From the NCBI GenBank assembly GCA_038128225.1, contig JAYPJF010000001.1, positions 240,419 to 304,418 on the forward strand: a stretch of 64,000 nucleotides of DNA, written 5' to 3'. Positions 19,490 to 28,287 of this stretch are shown one piece after another; position 1 is the stretch's first letter, and every line of letters begins with the position of its first letter. Both the position numbers and the translations under genes were made by a program. The stretch is from a bacterium (lineage in GTDB: Bacteria; Patescibacteriota; Minisyncoccia; Phycocordibacterales; UBA2100). Under the pieces are notes generated by a model that was not told the DNA's origin, did not search any database, and saw only the letters and a program-made list of their open reading frames with translations.

Positions 19490-20011
19490 ATGCGCACACG
19501 AACGATAGTGATGATCAGTGTAAGCGTCGTAATAGCGACCGCGTCAGTGTGTGGCGCTGTGTATTTAATTCAAACAGTGCTTTTCAATAGAGCAGAGGCT
19601 GTGCGATTGTTTCAGGAGATTAACGCTGTAGACAAGCGAACGCAGCATATTTCTGCACTAAAACTAAGCGTGCGAGATACAAATGCCGAACGAGCTCGTC
19701 TTATGAATATTACCGATACGACGGTCGTAACTATCATCGATGATATTGAGGATGCCGCTGCCGCCGCAGGTGTCAAAAGTGTTGTTGATTCGATTTCACC
19801 GACCGAGGCACCGGCCGGTGACGTGTCGCTCTCAAGTTATCTTGTTTCGATTCGATCTGAAGGCCCGTTTACTGCGCTCATGCACGCACTCGCACTCTAC
19901 GAAACATTACCCGCCCCCATTATGGTCGAACAGGTCTTTATCGAACACACAGGCACTGCGTGGGCGATGTCAGTACGTGTGCGCGTACTTGTCGCAGAAA
20001 AAGACGTATGA
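19490..20011 (+). CDS. PilO-like pilus assembly protein
   Basis: Third gene of pilM cluster, 173 aa, single TM then coiled-coil and alpha/beta region; synteny-based. Confidence 0.4.
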   Translation: MRTRTIVMISVSVVIATASVCGAVYLIQTVLFNRAEAVRLFQEINAVDKRTQHISALKLSVRDTNAERARLMNITDTTVVTIIDDIEDAAAAAGVKSVVDSISPTEAPAGDVSLSSYLVSIRSEGPFTALMHALALYETLPAPIMVEQVFIEHTGTAWAMSVRVRVLVAEKDV

Positions 20012-20322
20012 GCATGCTAAAAAAATGTAGAATTGCGTGGACATATCGGGTAGATCCGGCTGCCGAACAATTTCTATTGCAACAACTATGGCTCTATGCG
20101 CTTATGGTATTTGCATGCGCAAGTATTTTTTCACTCGCGTGGGGAGCGTACATTTTTTTCATCCCCGTGAACCAGACGCAAATTGCTGATTCGGGCGGAG
20201 TGCCGGATGCTTTTGATCGGGAAGCACTCACGCAATTGCTCGCACGTTTCGATGAACGGGCAACAAAGCACGGTTCGCTTAAATCAACAAAGCCAACGGT
20301 TTCTGATCCGAGCAAGAATTGA
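20008..20322 (+). CDS. hypothetical small membrane protein, last gene of pilMNO cluster
   Basis: ATGA overlap with preceding stop; one TM helix (LWLYALMVFACASIFSLAWGAYIFFI); no family recognised. Confidence 0.4.
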   Translation: MSMLKKCRIAWTYRVDPAAEQFLLQQLWLYALMVFACASIFSLAWGAYIFFIPVNQTQIADSGGVPDAFDREALTQLLARFDERATKHGSLKSTKPTVSDPSKN

Positions 20323-20361
20323 CCAGACGACGTTCTCTAAGTACGATACCAGAACCCAGAA

Positions 20362-20433
20362 GCCCCCGTAGTTCAATGGATAGAACAGGGCTCTTCTAAG
20401 GCCTTAATGTGGGTTCGATTCCTACCGGGGGCA
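20362..20433 (+). tRNA. tRNA-Arg (anticodon TCT)
   Basis: GCCCCCG-TA-GTTC-AATGGAT-AGAAC-A-GGGCT-CTTCTAA-GGCCT-TAAT-GTGGG-TTCGATT-CCTAC-CGGGGGC-A. Confidence 0.8.
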
Positions 20434-20444
20434 CAAGAAGTAAT

Positions 20445-20517
20445 GGGCGCTTAGCTCAGTTGGTAGAGCAACCCGTTTACACCGGGAAGGTCAGGGGTTC
20501 AAGTCCCTTAGCGCCCA
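20445..20517 (+). tRNA. tRNA-Val (anticodon TAC)
   Basis: GGGCGCT-TA-GCTC-AGTTGGTA-GAGC-A-ACCCG-TTTACAC-CGGGA-AGGTC-AGGGG-TTCAAGT-CCCTT-AGCGCCC-A; anticodon loop assignment has one 27:43 mismatch. Confidence 0.75.
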
Positions 20518-20559
20518 CAAACGTTTGACGAAGACTGTATTGTTGCGTAGCGTAGTGAG

Positions 20560-21231
20560 ATGGCGCCGGTTAACTGTATCGGAATTATTCTCGATGGGAA
20601 TCGTCGATGGGCGCGAGAGCGTGGCCTCCCCGCGTTTGAGGGACACCGGCAAGGCTTTTTAAAGCTTAAGGAAACTGTTCGGTGGGTACGCGATCGCGCC
20701 ATCCCACACATGGTTGTGTATGCGTTTTCGACGGAAAACTGGGACCGCTCGCAAGAAGAAGTGGGGTATCTCATGGACTTGTTTCGCGAGCTTATCAATA
20801 AACAAGCACAGGAGCTAACAGCCGAAGGGGTAAAAATAAAAATTGTAGGACAGCGAGAACGGTTCGCGCAAGATCTTCAAGAAGGAATGGATCGTATAGA
20901 AAAAGAAAGTGCGCATAATGAGCGCGCTACGTTATGGGTATGTCTTTCTTATGGTGGGCGTGCTGAAATTGTGCAGGCTGTGCAAAAAGCCGCGGCGCAA
21001 GGAATAGTAAATGAAGAAACATTAAGTGCCTCACTGTGGACCACGGGTATGCCGGATCCTGACATCATCGTGCGCACGAGTGGCGAGCAACGACTTTCCG
21101 GTTTTCTCACATGGCAGAGCGTGTACAGTGAGCTTTTTTTCATCGAGCCTCATTGGCCGGATTTCAATGAAGCGCTTTTGGATGGGATACTGAATGAGTA
21201 TGCAGACCGAGAACGGCGGCACGGCAAATGA
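20560..21231 (+). CDS. uppS: undecaprenyl-diphosphate synthase (cis-isoprenyl transferase)
   Basis: IILDGNRRWARERGL, YAFSTENWDR and RTSGEQRLSGFLTWQSVYSELFF motifs. Confidence 0.85.
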   Translation: MAPVNCIGIILDGNRRWARERGLPAFEGHRQGFLKLKETVRWVRDRAIPHMVVYAFSTENWDRSQEEVGYLMDLFRELINKQAQELTAEGVKIKIVGQRERFAQDLQEGMDRIEKESAHNERATLWVCLSYGGRAEIVQAVQKAAAQGIVNEETLSASLWTTGMPDPDIIVRTSGEQRLSGFLTWQSVYSELFFIEPHWPDFNEALLDGILNEYADRERRHGK

Positions 21232-21961
21232 GCCGCGTATAATTTTTGAAAACAATGACGTGCTGGTTATTGATAAACCAGCGGGTTTGATTGTGCACTC
21301 AGATGGGCGGACACACGAACCATCGGTATGCGACTGGGTTATTGCGCGACACCCGGAGATGAAAGGGGTTGGTGAGCCATGGGTCTCTCCTCAAGGAAAC
21401 ACAATCGATCGCCCGGGTATTGTGCATCGACTCGACCGTACTACTTCGGGGGTGATGATCATTGCGAGAACTAAAACAGCGCACGCGTTTCTCAAAGCGC
21501 AATTTCAAGCAAGAACGGTGATAAAAAAGTATCTTGCCATCGTGTACGGTCATCCTAAAGAAGACACTGGTGTCATTGAGGCAGAAATTGGAAGAAGCGC
21601 GACGCGACCTCGTCGGTGGTCGGCACAATTTGGTGCAAAAGGAAACAAGCGAGCGGCGGTTACTCACTGGAAAGTTCTTAAGCGATTTGAAGACCCGGAA
21701 ACAGCGGCGCCGCTCGCGCTTGTCGAGGCGCAGCCGAAGACGGGGCGTACGCATCAGATTCGAGTGCATTTGAAAGCAATCCGCCACCCGATCGTTTGCG
21801 ATGCGCTGTACGCGGAAAAAAAGCCTTGTCTTTTTGGCTTTACGCGGCCCGCGCTTCATGCGTGGTCTCTGGCGCTTGAGTTGCCTGATGGTACGCGTGC
21901 CGAATTTGAAGCGCCATTACCTGCCAGTTTTGCGAAAGCATTGACACAGCCGCCTTTTTAA
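21194..21961 (+). CDS. RluA-family 23S rRNA/tRNA pseudouridine synthase
   Basis: VLVIDKPAGLIVHS..., HRLDRTTSGVMIIAR, GRTHQIRVHL motifs; 38-bp overlap with uppS if first Met is used. Confidence 0.8.
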   Translation: MSMQTENGGTANEPRIIFENNDVLVIDKPAGLIVHSDGRTHEPSVCDWVIARHPEMKGVGEPWVSPQGNTIDRPGIVHRLDRTTSGVMIIARTKTAHAFLKAQFQARTVIKKYLAIVYGHPKEDTGVIEAEIGRSATRPRRWSAQFGAKGNKRAAVTHWKVLKRFEDPETAAPLALVEAQPKTGRTHQIRVHLKAIRHPIVCDALYAEKKPCLFGFTRPALHAWSLALELPDGTRAEFEAPLPASFAKALTQPPF

Positions 21962-21999
21962 AGCATAAAGCACACCGGTATCAAGATGAGGAGAAAGAA

Positions 22000-22521
22000 A
22001 TGAGATCATTGATTGCGGTGATATTTTTACTGCTCGCTGGGCAAAGTCATGCGGCAGGGTTAGATGTTTTGGACCACTCGGAGCTTTTGAACAGTACGGA
22101 GACTCGCGGATTGTGCACGATGGCCCGAGAAGTTCTTGAGTCACAATCAAAAAATATTGCAATTGTGCTCGGGTTCATCTCTCAGCACGAAAGCCTTCGC
22201 GCAGATCTCGAAAGCGTCGGGATACTAGAGCGTGCACGGGCGCAGCTTTCGAAAAAGAAAAAACTCGCCCGAAGTGCTGATAACGATACAGTGATTGCCG
22301 TATTGAGGCACATGCTCTCGGCGGATGATTTCGAGGCACGAACCCTGATTTCAACATGCGTTTTTTCGTGGGTCGGGAATTTTTTTGCAAATCGCGACGA
22401 TATAAAACTCGCGCAACAACGAGCAAAAAAACTGATCCACAATGTCTCAGATGTGGCGCAACGAACTAAGGATGCGGTTGTGACCAAAGCATTGGGAGAG
22501 ATTTTGGAGGGACTGGAATAG
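22000..22521 (+). CDS. secreted hypothetical protein
   Basis: Signal peptide [20 protein letters not shown]; mostly helical composition; no family. Confidence 0.45.
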   Translation: MRSLIAVIFLLLAGQSHAAGLDVLDHSELLNSTETRGLCTMAREVLESQSKNIAIVLGFISQHESLRADLESVGILERARAQLSKKKKLARSADNDTVIAVLRHMLSADDFEARTLISTCVFSWVGNFFANRDDIKLAQQRAKKLIHNVSDVAQRTKDAVVTKALGEILEGLE

Positions 22522-22594
22522 CAAAAAGCGGCCACGGAATTTCCGTGGCCGCTCACTTGCTCCCACGACTTCTTTCTGGTACAGTGCGCGCCAC

Positions 22595-23089
22595 ATGAAA
22601 GGGGTTACCATTTCACAAGTAAATATGAGCGCGCGCCAAGAACTCGGTATTAAACCGGGCGATACAGTTCGCGTCTGGCAAAAAGTAAAAGAAAAAGACG
22701 GTTTTCGTCTTCAGGCATTTGAAGGTTTAGTCCTTGCAGTAAAACACGGCAAGGAAGCGGGAGGTACTTTTACGGTCCGCAAAGTAACGAGCGGAGTTGG
22801 TGTGGAAAAAATCTACCCACTATACTCACCGATGATTGACCGAATTGAGATTGTGCGGCGCGCAAAAGTGCGTCGTGCAAAGCTGTATTACATCCGAGAA
22901 AAAGTCTCGCGCGAAACCAAGCGCGCGCTTCGACGCATGACTTTGGTAAGCGTTTCAGATAAATCACGTTCTGACGCAGGGGGTGATGGGTCGCTAACGG
23001 ATGCCGCTGCTCTTGAGGCCGAAGCGGCAGTGGTTGCAGAGGTTAGTGGCGAAACAGTTCCCGCTGGAACTGAAGACAAAAAAGAGTAA
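22595..23089 (+). CDS. rplS: 50S ribosomal protein L19 with acidic C-terminal extension
   Basis: [29 protein letters not shown]...FTVRK...[34 protein letters not shown] aligns with L19; ~45 extra C-terminal residues (Asp/Ala/Glu-rich). Confidence 0.85.
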   Translation: MKGVTISQVNMSARQELGIKPGDTVRVWQKVKEKDGFRLQAFEGLVLAVKHGKEAGGTFTVRKVTSGVGVEKIYPLYSPMIDRIEIVRRAKVRRAKLYYIREKVSRETKRALRRMTLVSVSDKSRSDAGGDGSLTDAAALEAEAAVVAEVSGETVPAGTEDKKE

Positions 23090-23100
23090 CATACACACAC

Positions 23101-23184
23101 GCGCAGGTGGCGAAATTGGCAGACGCACTACCTTGAGGTGGTAGCTCCCGCAAGGGAATGGAGGTTCAAGTCCTCTCCTGCGCA
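23101..23184 (+). tRNA. tRNA-Leu (anticodon GAG)
   Basis: GCGCAGG-TG-GCG-AAATTGGCAGA-CGC-A-CTACC-TTGAGGT-GGTAG-(long variable arm CTCCCGCAAGGGAAT)-GGAGG-TTCAAGT-CCTCT-CCTGCGC-A. Confidence 0.85.
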
Positions 23185-23185
23185 C

Positions 23186-23743
23186 ATGGCTTTATACACT
23201 GGTAAGGGTGACCAGGGCACTTCAAAATTGTTCGATACTCCGCAGGGCGCACGGATATCCAAAGGAGATCCAGTTTTTGAAGCACTTGGCACACTCGACG
23301 AGCTCAACTCCACTATTGGGTGGGCAAGGATCGGAGTTCCTGGTAATTGCATGGTTGCAGGAAAACCCCTTTCGGCAATTTTGCACAATGCGCAAAATGC
23401 TCTTTTTACGATACAAGCAGAGGTTGCGGGAGCACAAAAAACAATTCCCGCCGACATTGTCGAGCAGGTAGAAGCGGTCATTCATGCGATTGATGAAGAG
23501 ATTCCGCCGATCAAAGCTTTTATTGTGCCTGGCGGAAGTGAGTTATCGTCGCGACTTGATATCGCGCGTACGCTTGCGCGACGAACAGAGCGTCGTGTTG
23601 TCACTGTTGCAGATGAAAAAGCACGAAGTGTTGGAGAGCACTCGCTGAGGTTTCTTAACAGACTCTCGTCTCTTTTGTATGCACTTGCGCGCGTAGTGAA
23701 TTATCGACATGGCGTCAACGAAACGCCGCCACATTATTTGTAA
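23186..23743 (+). CDS. PduO-type ATP:cob(I)alamin adenosyltransferase-like protein
   Basis: N-terminal MALYTGKGDQGTSKLF and overall ~185-aa helical-bundle composition typical of PduO/MMAB/YvqK family. The ORF's first Met (23138) lies inside tRNA-Leu, so the start is moved to Met 23186, 2 nt after the tRNA. Confidence 0.65.
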   Translation: MALYTGKGDQGTSKLFDTPQGARISKGDPVFEALGTLDELNSTIGWARIGVPGNCMVAGKPLSAILHNAQNALFTIQAEVAGAQKTIPADIVEQVEAVIHAIDEEIPPIKAFIVPGGSELSSRLDIARTLARRTERRVVTVADEKARSVGEHSLRFLNRLSSLLYALARVVNYRHGVNETPPHYL

Positions 23744-23785
23744 TGCGTGCGTTTTAAGGGTAACGTGATATAACAAAACGCGAAT

Positions 23786-23858
23786 GGTGGTCGTAGCTCA
23801 ACGGTAGAGCTCTGGTTTGTGGTACCAGCGGTTGTGGGTTCGAGTCCCATCGACCACC
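23786..23858 (+). tRNA. tRNA-His (anticodon GTG) with genome-encoded G-1 and C73 discriminator
   Basis: G(-1)-GTGGTCG-TA-GCTC-AACGGTA-GAGC-T-CTGGT-TTGTGGT-ACCAG-CGGTT-GTGGG-TTCGAGT-CCCAT-CGACCAC-C; extra 5' G opposite C73 is the His identity element. Confidence 0.8.
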
Positions 23859-23861
23859 CAA

Positions 23862-24875
23862 ATGATACGGTACAATAGCGCGATGCGCCGGCTATTTTTG
23901 GGGCCAAGTATAGTAACTGCAATCGGACTTTTTTCAGTCTGGTTTATCGGGGGTTGGCCTGCGGTGGTCACTACTAGTATCCTGATAGTGCTTGAAGTGA
24001 CGCTGTCGTTTGATAATGCGGTAGTGAACGCGGGGGTACTTCGCGATATGCCGCGTATTTGGCAGCGACGTTTTCTAACTTGGGGCATACTGATCGCGGT
24101 ATTTGGTACACGACTTATTCTTCCGATTTTGATCGTGAGCGCCACGGCTCTCGTGTCTCCATTTGCGGTGGCACTTCTCGCGGTGCAGGATACGCATGCG
24201 TATGGGGCACTTCTTGAAGAAGCGCATTATGCGATCGCTGCGTTTGGAAGTGCGTTTCTTTTTTTGGTTGCACTCAAGTATTTTCTCAACGACGCCAAAG
24301 ATTTTCATTGGATTGCGATTGTTGAAAAACGCATGGCGAAATGGGGGAACATTGAGGCAATCGAAATCGCGCTTGTACTCGCACTCCTGGTTATCATTAG
24401 TGCATGGGTACCACATGCGGCGACGCATATACTCGCAGCAGGTGTAGTTGGAGTAATTATTTTTGTGCTTATGGAAGGGGTTACTGCTTCAGCCGCACAC
24501 CATGCGCGCACGTTGACCGCGGGTCTTGGTGGTTTTATATACCTAAACATACTCGATTCAGCGTTTTCTCTTGATGGTGTGATTGGCGCTTTCGCAATTA
24601 CGAGCAACTTATTGATCATAGCTGTCGGGCTCGGTATCGGTGCTTATTTTGTTCGGACACTTACAATCTATCTTGTTGAAGAAAAAACACTTGCGCACCT
24701 TCCGTATCTTGAACATGGCGCTCATTGGGCAGTATTCGGCCTTGCAGGTGCTATGGCGATCGGATTAGTGGTGCGTGTGCCTGAACCGGTGGTTGCCGGA
24801 ATTGGACTTATATTCATTGTTGCCGCGTACCTGTCTTCAATTCGCGAACGGGTGCATACTGAGGCACGTCATTGA
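23862..24875 (+). CDS. TerC-family integral membrane protein
   Basis: VLEVTLSFDNAVVNAGVL motif (E.xLSxDNA), multi-TM, duplicated halves; the ORF's first Met lies inside tRNA-His, so start taken at 23862 (23883 also possible). Confidence 0.6.
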   Translation: MIRYNSAMRRLFLGPSIVTAIGLFSVWFIGGWPAVVTTSILIVLEVTLSFDNAVVNAGVLRDMPRIWQRRFLTWGILIAVFGTRLILPILIVSATALVSPFAVALLAVQDTHAYGALLEEAHYAIAAFGSAFLFLVALKYFLNDAKDFHWIAIVEKRMAKWGNIEAIEIALVLALLVIISAWVPHAATHILAAGVVGVIIFVLMEGVTASAAHHARTLTAGLGGFIYLNILDSAFSLDGVIGAFAITSNLLIIAVGLGIGAYFVRTLTIYLVEEKTLAHLPYLEHGAHWAVFGLAGAMAIGLVVRVPEPVVAGIGLIFIVAAYLSSIRERVHTEARH

Positions 24876-24985
24876 CTTATTCTTAAAGATGAGCTTTACT
24901 AGGGGCGCAAGGTTAGTCTCTTAATACAAGGCATGTAGGAGGGGATAGGTTGGTCTTGCAGTTTACGAAAAATTTTTGTAATCGC

Positions 24986-25249
24986 ATGTCTACAAAACTG
25001 TACGTCGGAGGCATTCCATGGAAAACCACGGAAGACGAACTCCGCGAACACTTTTCTCAGGCGGGTGCTGTAGCATCGGCGATGGTGATCACCGATCGCG
25101 CAACTGGACGCTCAAAAGGCTTCGGTTTCGTTGAGATGGAATCTGATGAGGATGCTCAAAAGGCAATCAGCATGTTCCACGATCAGGATTTTGGTGGTCG
25201 CCGTCTTACGGTGAACATTGCACGTCCTAAGGAGGAGCGCCCAATGTAA
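24986..25249 (+). CDS. RNA-recognition-motif (RRM) RNA-binding protein
   Basis: RNP-2 KLYVGGIPW and RNP-1 KGFGFVEM motifs in an 88-aa protein. Confidence 0.75.
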   Translation: MSTKLYVGGIPWKTTEDELREHFSQAGAVASAMVITDRATGRSKGFGFVEMESDEDAQKAISMFHDQDFGGRRLTVNIARPKEERPM

Positions 25250-25265
25250 GTGTTCCCGCTGCCAC

Positions 25266-25296
25266 AAATACCCCCTTTGGGGGTATTTGTGTTTTC
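25266..25296. terminator. hairpin terminator between convergent RRM gene and zupT
   Basis: AAATACCCCC-ttt-GGGGGTATTT followed by gtgTTTTcggg; U-rich on + side. Confidence 0.5.
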
Positions 25297-25300
25297 GGGA

Positions 25301-26071
25301 TTACTCAAAGACGAGAAGCATCGCCACGAGCGCTATTCCAAGAAGAACTGCGGCAAATTGAATAAACGATGTTGTGGGCGCATTAGTTTTATGCAACTCA
25401 GGGACAAGGTCCGCCATTGCAATGTATATGAATGAACCTGCAGCGATCGCAGAAAGCAGTGGGACTGCGTGTTCGATCGATGCACCAACAGCAAGAGCGA
25501 TAAAAGCACCAAAAAACGCAGAGAGTGCTGAAAGAAAATTGAGGGCAATTGCCTTACTGCGAGAAAATCCTGCGTGGAGTAATACACCAAAATCTCCGAT
25601 TTCCTGCGGCAGTTCATGGAGTGCTACTGCAATAACTGTGGCGATACCTGCTTGTGGGCTAACCAAAAATCCTGCCGCAACAATCACGCCGTCGAGTATG
25701 TTGTGAAGCACGTCGGATGCGATGGTGAGATATCCGTACGGTGCGATGTGATGAGCACAGTCCGTACACTCAACGCCTTTTCCTTCGTGTGTTTCGTGAT
25801 GGTGATGCCAATGGAGGAATTTTTCAAGAACAAAAAAAACACCAAGACCACCAAAGATACCCCAGACTGCTATGCTGATAGGAAGTGCTTCAAATGCTTC
25901 CGGTATGAGATGGATGAACGCATCTCCGAGAAGTGCTCCTACAGCGACTCCAACGAAGATCGGCAATAGTGCGCGTATGTGTTTACCGGCGGGTAGTGTG
26001 AAAACGCCCACCAAAGAAATAAGGCTGATGCCTGTTATTGATACCGCGGTGAGCATAAACACCTCCTGCAT
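25301..26071 (-). CDS. zupT: ZIP-family divalent metal (zinc) transporter
   Basis: HELPQEIGDFGVLL motif, His-rich loop HWHHHHETHEG, 8 TM-like segments. Confidence 0.8.
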   Translation of the reverse strand: MQEVFMLTAVSITGISLISLVGVFTLPAGKHIRALLPIFVGVAVGALLGDAFIHLIPEAFEALPISIAVWGIFGGLGVFFVLEKFLHWHHHHETHEGKGVECTDCAHHIAPYGYLTIASDVLHNILDGVIVAAGFLVSPQAGIATVIAVALHELPQEIGDFGVLLHAGFSRSKAIALNFLSALSAFFGAFIALAVGASIEHAVPLLSAIAAGSFIYIAMADLVPELHKTNAPTTSFIQFAAVLLGIALVAMLLVFE

Positions 26072-26219
26072 ATGTAGAGCATGCCTGGTAACGGTATTTT
26101 CGCAAGCTCGTGTGTCCCCAGTAGTTTGACTGTCTTTGTAAGGAGCGGCGCTATACTGCGTCTTATGGGCAGAGGTTGGTAGCGCCCTCTTTTATTACTT
26201 ACATGCTACGGATGTAGTT

Positions 26220-27035
26220 ATGGATACACAAAAACAGGAAATACATATCATGCCGCCTGCGATGGTGGTAAAGGCCGCGACTGCGGCGTTGGGTGTGCTT
26301 GCGTTGTGGGGCGCTGCACAATTTCTTATTTCTCTTAAAGAATATCGTTTCGTTGGTTCAGGCACTACCGCGACCAACACCATCACCGTTTCTGGAGAAG
26401 GGGAGGTGTTTGCCGTTCCTGATTTGGCGACGTTCTCTCTGACGGTTCGTGAAGAAGCGAAAGAAGTCAAAGATGCGCAAAAAACAGCAACGGAAAAGGG
26501 TAACAAGATTATCGCAGCTCTTAAAGCGGCTGGGGTTGATGAAAAAGATATCAAGACAACGTCATATAACGTTAATCCAAAATACGAGTGGTATGAAGCG
26601 GTTTGTACTGAACTGCGCTGTCCACCAGGGAGACAAGAGATGGTTGGATTTGAAGTATGGCAAACCGTCGAGGTAAAAGTACGAGACACTGAAAAAGCAG
26701 GAGACATACTTTCACAAGTCGGTGGTCTCGGCGTGTCTGATATCAGTGGACTGTCGTTCACTATTGATGACGAAGACGCGCTCAAAACAGATGCACGCGA
26801 ACAGGCGATCGGGGATGCTGAAGCAAAAGCAAAAGAGCTTGCGGGGCAGCTTGGGGTAGAACTTGTCCGCATTGTTGGCTTTACTGAAGACGCGGGCGGT
26901 TACATGCCGTACTATAAAACGGCACGAATGGAAATGGCGGTAGCAATGGATTCAAGTGGCGCCGCTGCACCAGAGCTTCCGGTGGGAGAAAATAAAATTG
27001 TTTCGAACGTGACTATAACCTACGAGATTAGGTAG
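26220..27035 (+). CDS. SIMPL-domain protein (DUF541, periplasmic/secreted immunogenic protein family)
   Basis: ITVSGEGEVFAVPDLATFSLTV..., ..YNVNPKYEWY.., ..VGENKIVSNVTITYEI match SIMPL/YggE family; start may be Met at 26250. Confidence 0.65.
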   Translation: MDTQKQEIHIMPPAMVVKAATAALGVLALWGAAQFLISLKEYRFVGSGTTATNTITVSGEGEVFAVPDLATFSLTVREEAKEVKDAQKTATEKGNKIIAALKAAGVDEKDIKTTSYNVNPKYEWYEAVCTELRCPPGRQEMVGFEVWQTVEVKVRDTEKAGDILSQVGGLGVSDISGLSFTIDDEDALKTDAREQAIGDAEAKAKELAGQLGVELVRIVGFTEDAGGYMPYYKTARMEMAVAMDSSGAAAPELPVGENKIVSNVTITYEIR

Positions 27036-27059
27036 TGGCCATGTTTTCGTGACACTGTC

Positions 27060-27365
27060 ATGGCAAAGAGAGACGCGCTCGCAGTGGTTGCTGCTTTGTT
27101 TGCAACACTTGCCGATCCGACCCGGTGTCGGATCGTGCACGCGTTGCTACGCAAGGCGGCAGGCTTATATGTTTTTGAAATTGCGGCAAAAGTAAAAACG
27201 TCGCATTCGGCAGTCAGCCACCAGCTCGCAACATTAACCCGAGCTGGTTTTGTCACAGGAACCCGTCATGGCCAAGCTATGCGATACGTGCTCGCAAAAG
27301 ATACCAAGACAAAAGCGTTATTCACCGCATTTGAGTCATTGTATGTACAAGCGAGAGGTAAATAG
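27060..27365 (+). CDS. ArsR/SmtB-family metalloregulator (winged HTH)
   Basis: LADPTRCRIVHALL...GLYVFEIAAKVKTSHSAVSHQLATLTRAGFV matches ArsR HTH and recognition helix. Confidence 0.75.
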   Translation: MAKRDALAVVAALFATLADPTRCRIVHALLRKAAGLYVFEIAAKVKTSHSAVSHQLATLTRAGFVTGTRHGQAMRYVLAKDTKTKALFTAFESLYVQARGK

Positions 27366-27412
27366 ACGACTCTTGACTTCTGCAACAGCGTCACGTACTA
27401 TGTGGTCACTGA

Positions 27413-27432
27413 GGCGCCCGTAGGGCGTTTTT
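27413..27432 (+). terminator. hairpin + T-run between arsR and secE
   Basis: GGCGCCC-gta-GGGCGtt followed by TTTTT. Lies 12 nt downstream of sigma70-like hexamers TTGACT(27373)-17nt-TACTAT(27396). Confidence 0.35.
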
Positions 27433-27443
27433 GATTAGAGATT

Positions 27444-27737
27444 ATGTCATCATTCATGCAATATCTTCGAGATACGCGCACTGAACTGAAGCATGTAGCG
27501 TGGCCTACACAACAGCAGACGACGGTGTTCACGATACTTGTTATAGTCATTTCGATCGCGCTCGCGTTTTACATTGGATTTTTTGATTTTGTATTCACAC
27601 AGGCGCTTGAGCGTGGGATTGAATGGCATGTCGGCAACACCGTTTCTCCATCCGAGACATTCCCTGTGTTTGATACGGGAACAACGAATACAACAACACC
27701 TACCGCAGACTTCTCGGTAACAGGAGGCCAGAATTAA
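27444..27737 (+). CDS. secE: preprotein translocase subunit SecE with ~35-aa C-terminal extracytoplasmic extension
   Basis: LRDTRTELKHVAWPTQQQTTVFTILVIVISIALAFYIGFFDF; conserved position upstream of nusG-rplK. Confidence 0.75.
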   Translation: MSSFMQYLRDTRTELKHVAWPTQQQTTVFTILVIVISIALAFYIGFFDFVFTQALERGIEWHVGNTVSPSETFPVFDTGTTNTTTPTADFSVTGGQN

Positions 27738-27740
27738 TAT

Positions 27741-28286
27741 ATGAGTAAACAAGTTCATGGGGCGCAACGCGGATGGTATGCGATACACACTTATTCAGGG
27801 TATGAAGATGCAGTGGCGCGCAACCTAAAGCAGCGTGTGGATTCTTTCGGCATGAAAGATCAGATTTTCGCAGTAGTGGTCCCCGCAGAGAAAAAAGTGC
27901 GTATCAAAAGTGGGCGCAAAACCGAAGTGCGGGAAAAAATGCTTTCCGGGTATGTACTTGTCGATATGATTCCGACCGATGAAGCTTGGAGCGTTGTGCG
28001 AAACACGCCACAAGTCACAGGGTTCGTGGGCACAGCAAACCAGGCGGTACCGCTTACGCAGCAGGAAGTTGATGGCATTTTTTCTCGCATGAGCGACGAT
28101 CAAGTTAAACACACGATTGATTTGAGCGTTGATGATGCGGTGTTGATTATCGATGGGCCATTCAAAGATCTTGAAGGAAAAGTAGGGGAGATTGACGAAG
28201 CGCGAGGAAAGGTTAAGGTGATGGTCCCGATGTTCGGCCGGGAAACCCCGGTAGAGCTCGAGGCAGACCAGGTACAACGTATTTAG
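27741..28286 (+). CDS. nusG: transcription termination/antitermination factor NusG
   Basis: [22 protein letters not shown] (NGN) and C-terminal KOW ([42 protein letters not shown]). Confidence 0.9.
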   Translation: MSKQVHGAQRGWYAIHTYSGYEDAVARNLKQRVDSFGMKDQIFAVVVPAEKKVRIKSGRKTEVREKMLSGYVLVDMIPTDEAWSVVRNTPQVTGFVGTANQAVPLTQQEVDGIFSRMSDDQVKHTIDLSVDDAVLIIDGPFKDLEGKVGEIDEARGKVKVMVPMFGRETPVELEADQVQRI

Positions 28287-28287
28287 T

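Noticed and set aside
23138-23185. ORF-track start of the adenosyltransferase-like gene at 23138
   Set aside because: The first 48 nt overlap tRNA-Leu (23101-23184), so the start was moved to the Met 2 nt after the tRNA. The same logic was applied to the TerC ORF, which overlaps tRNA-His.
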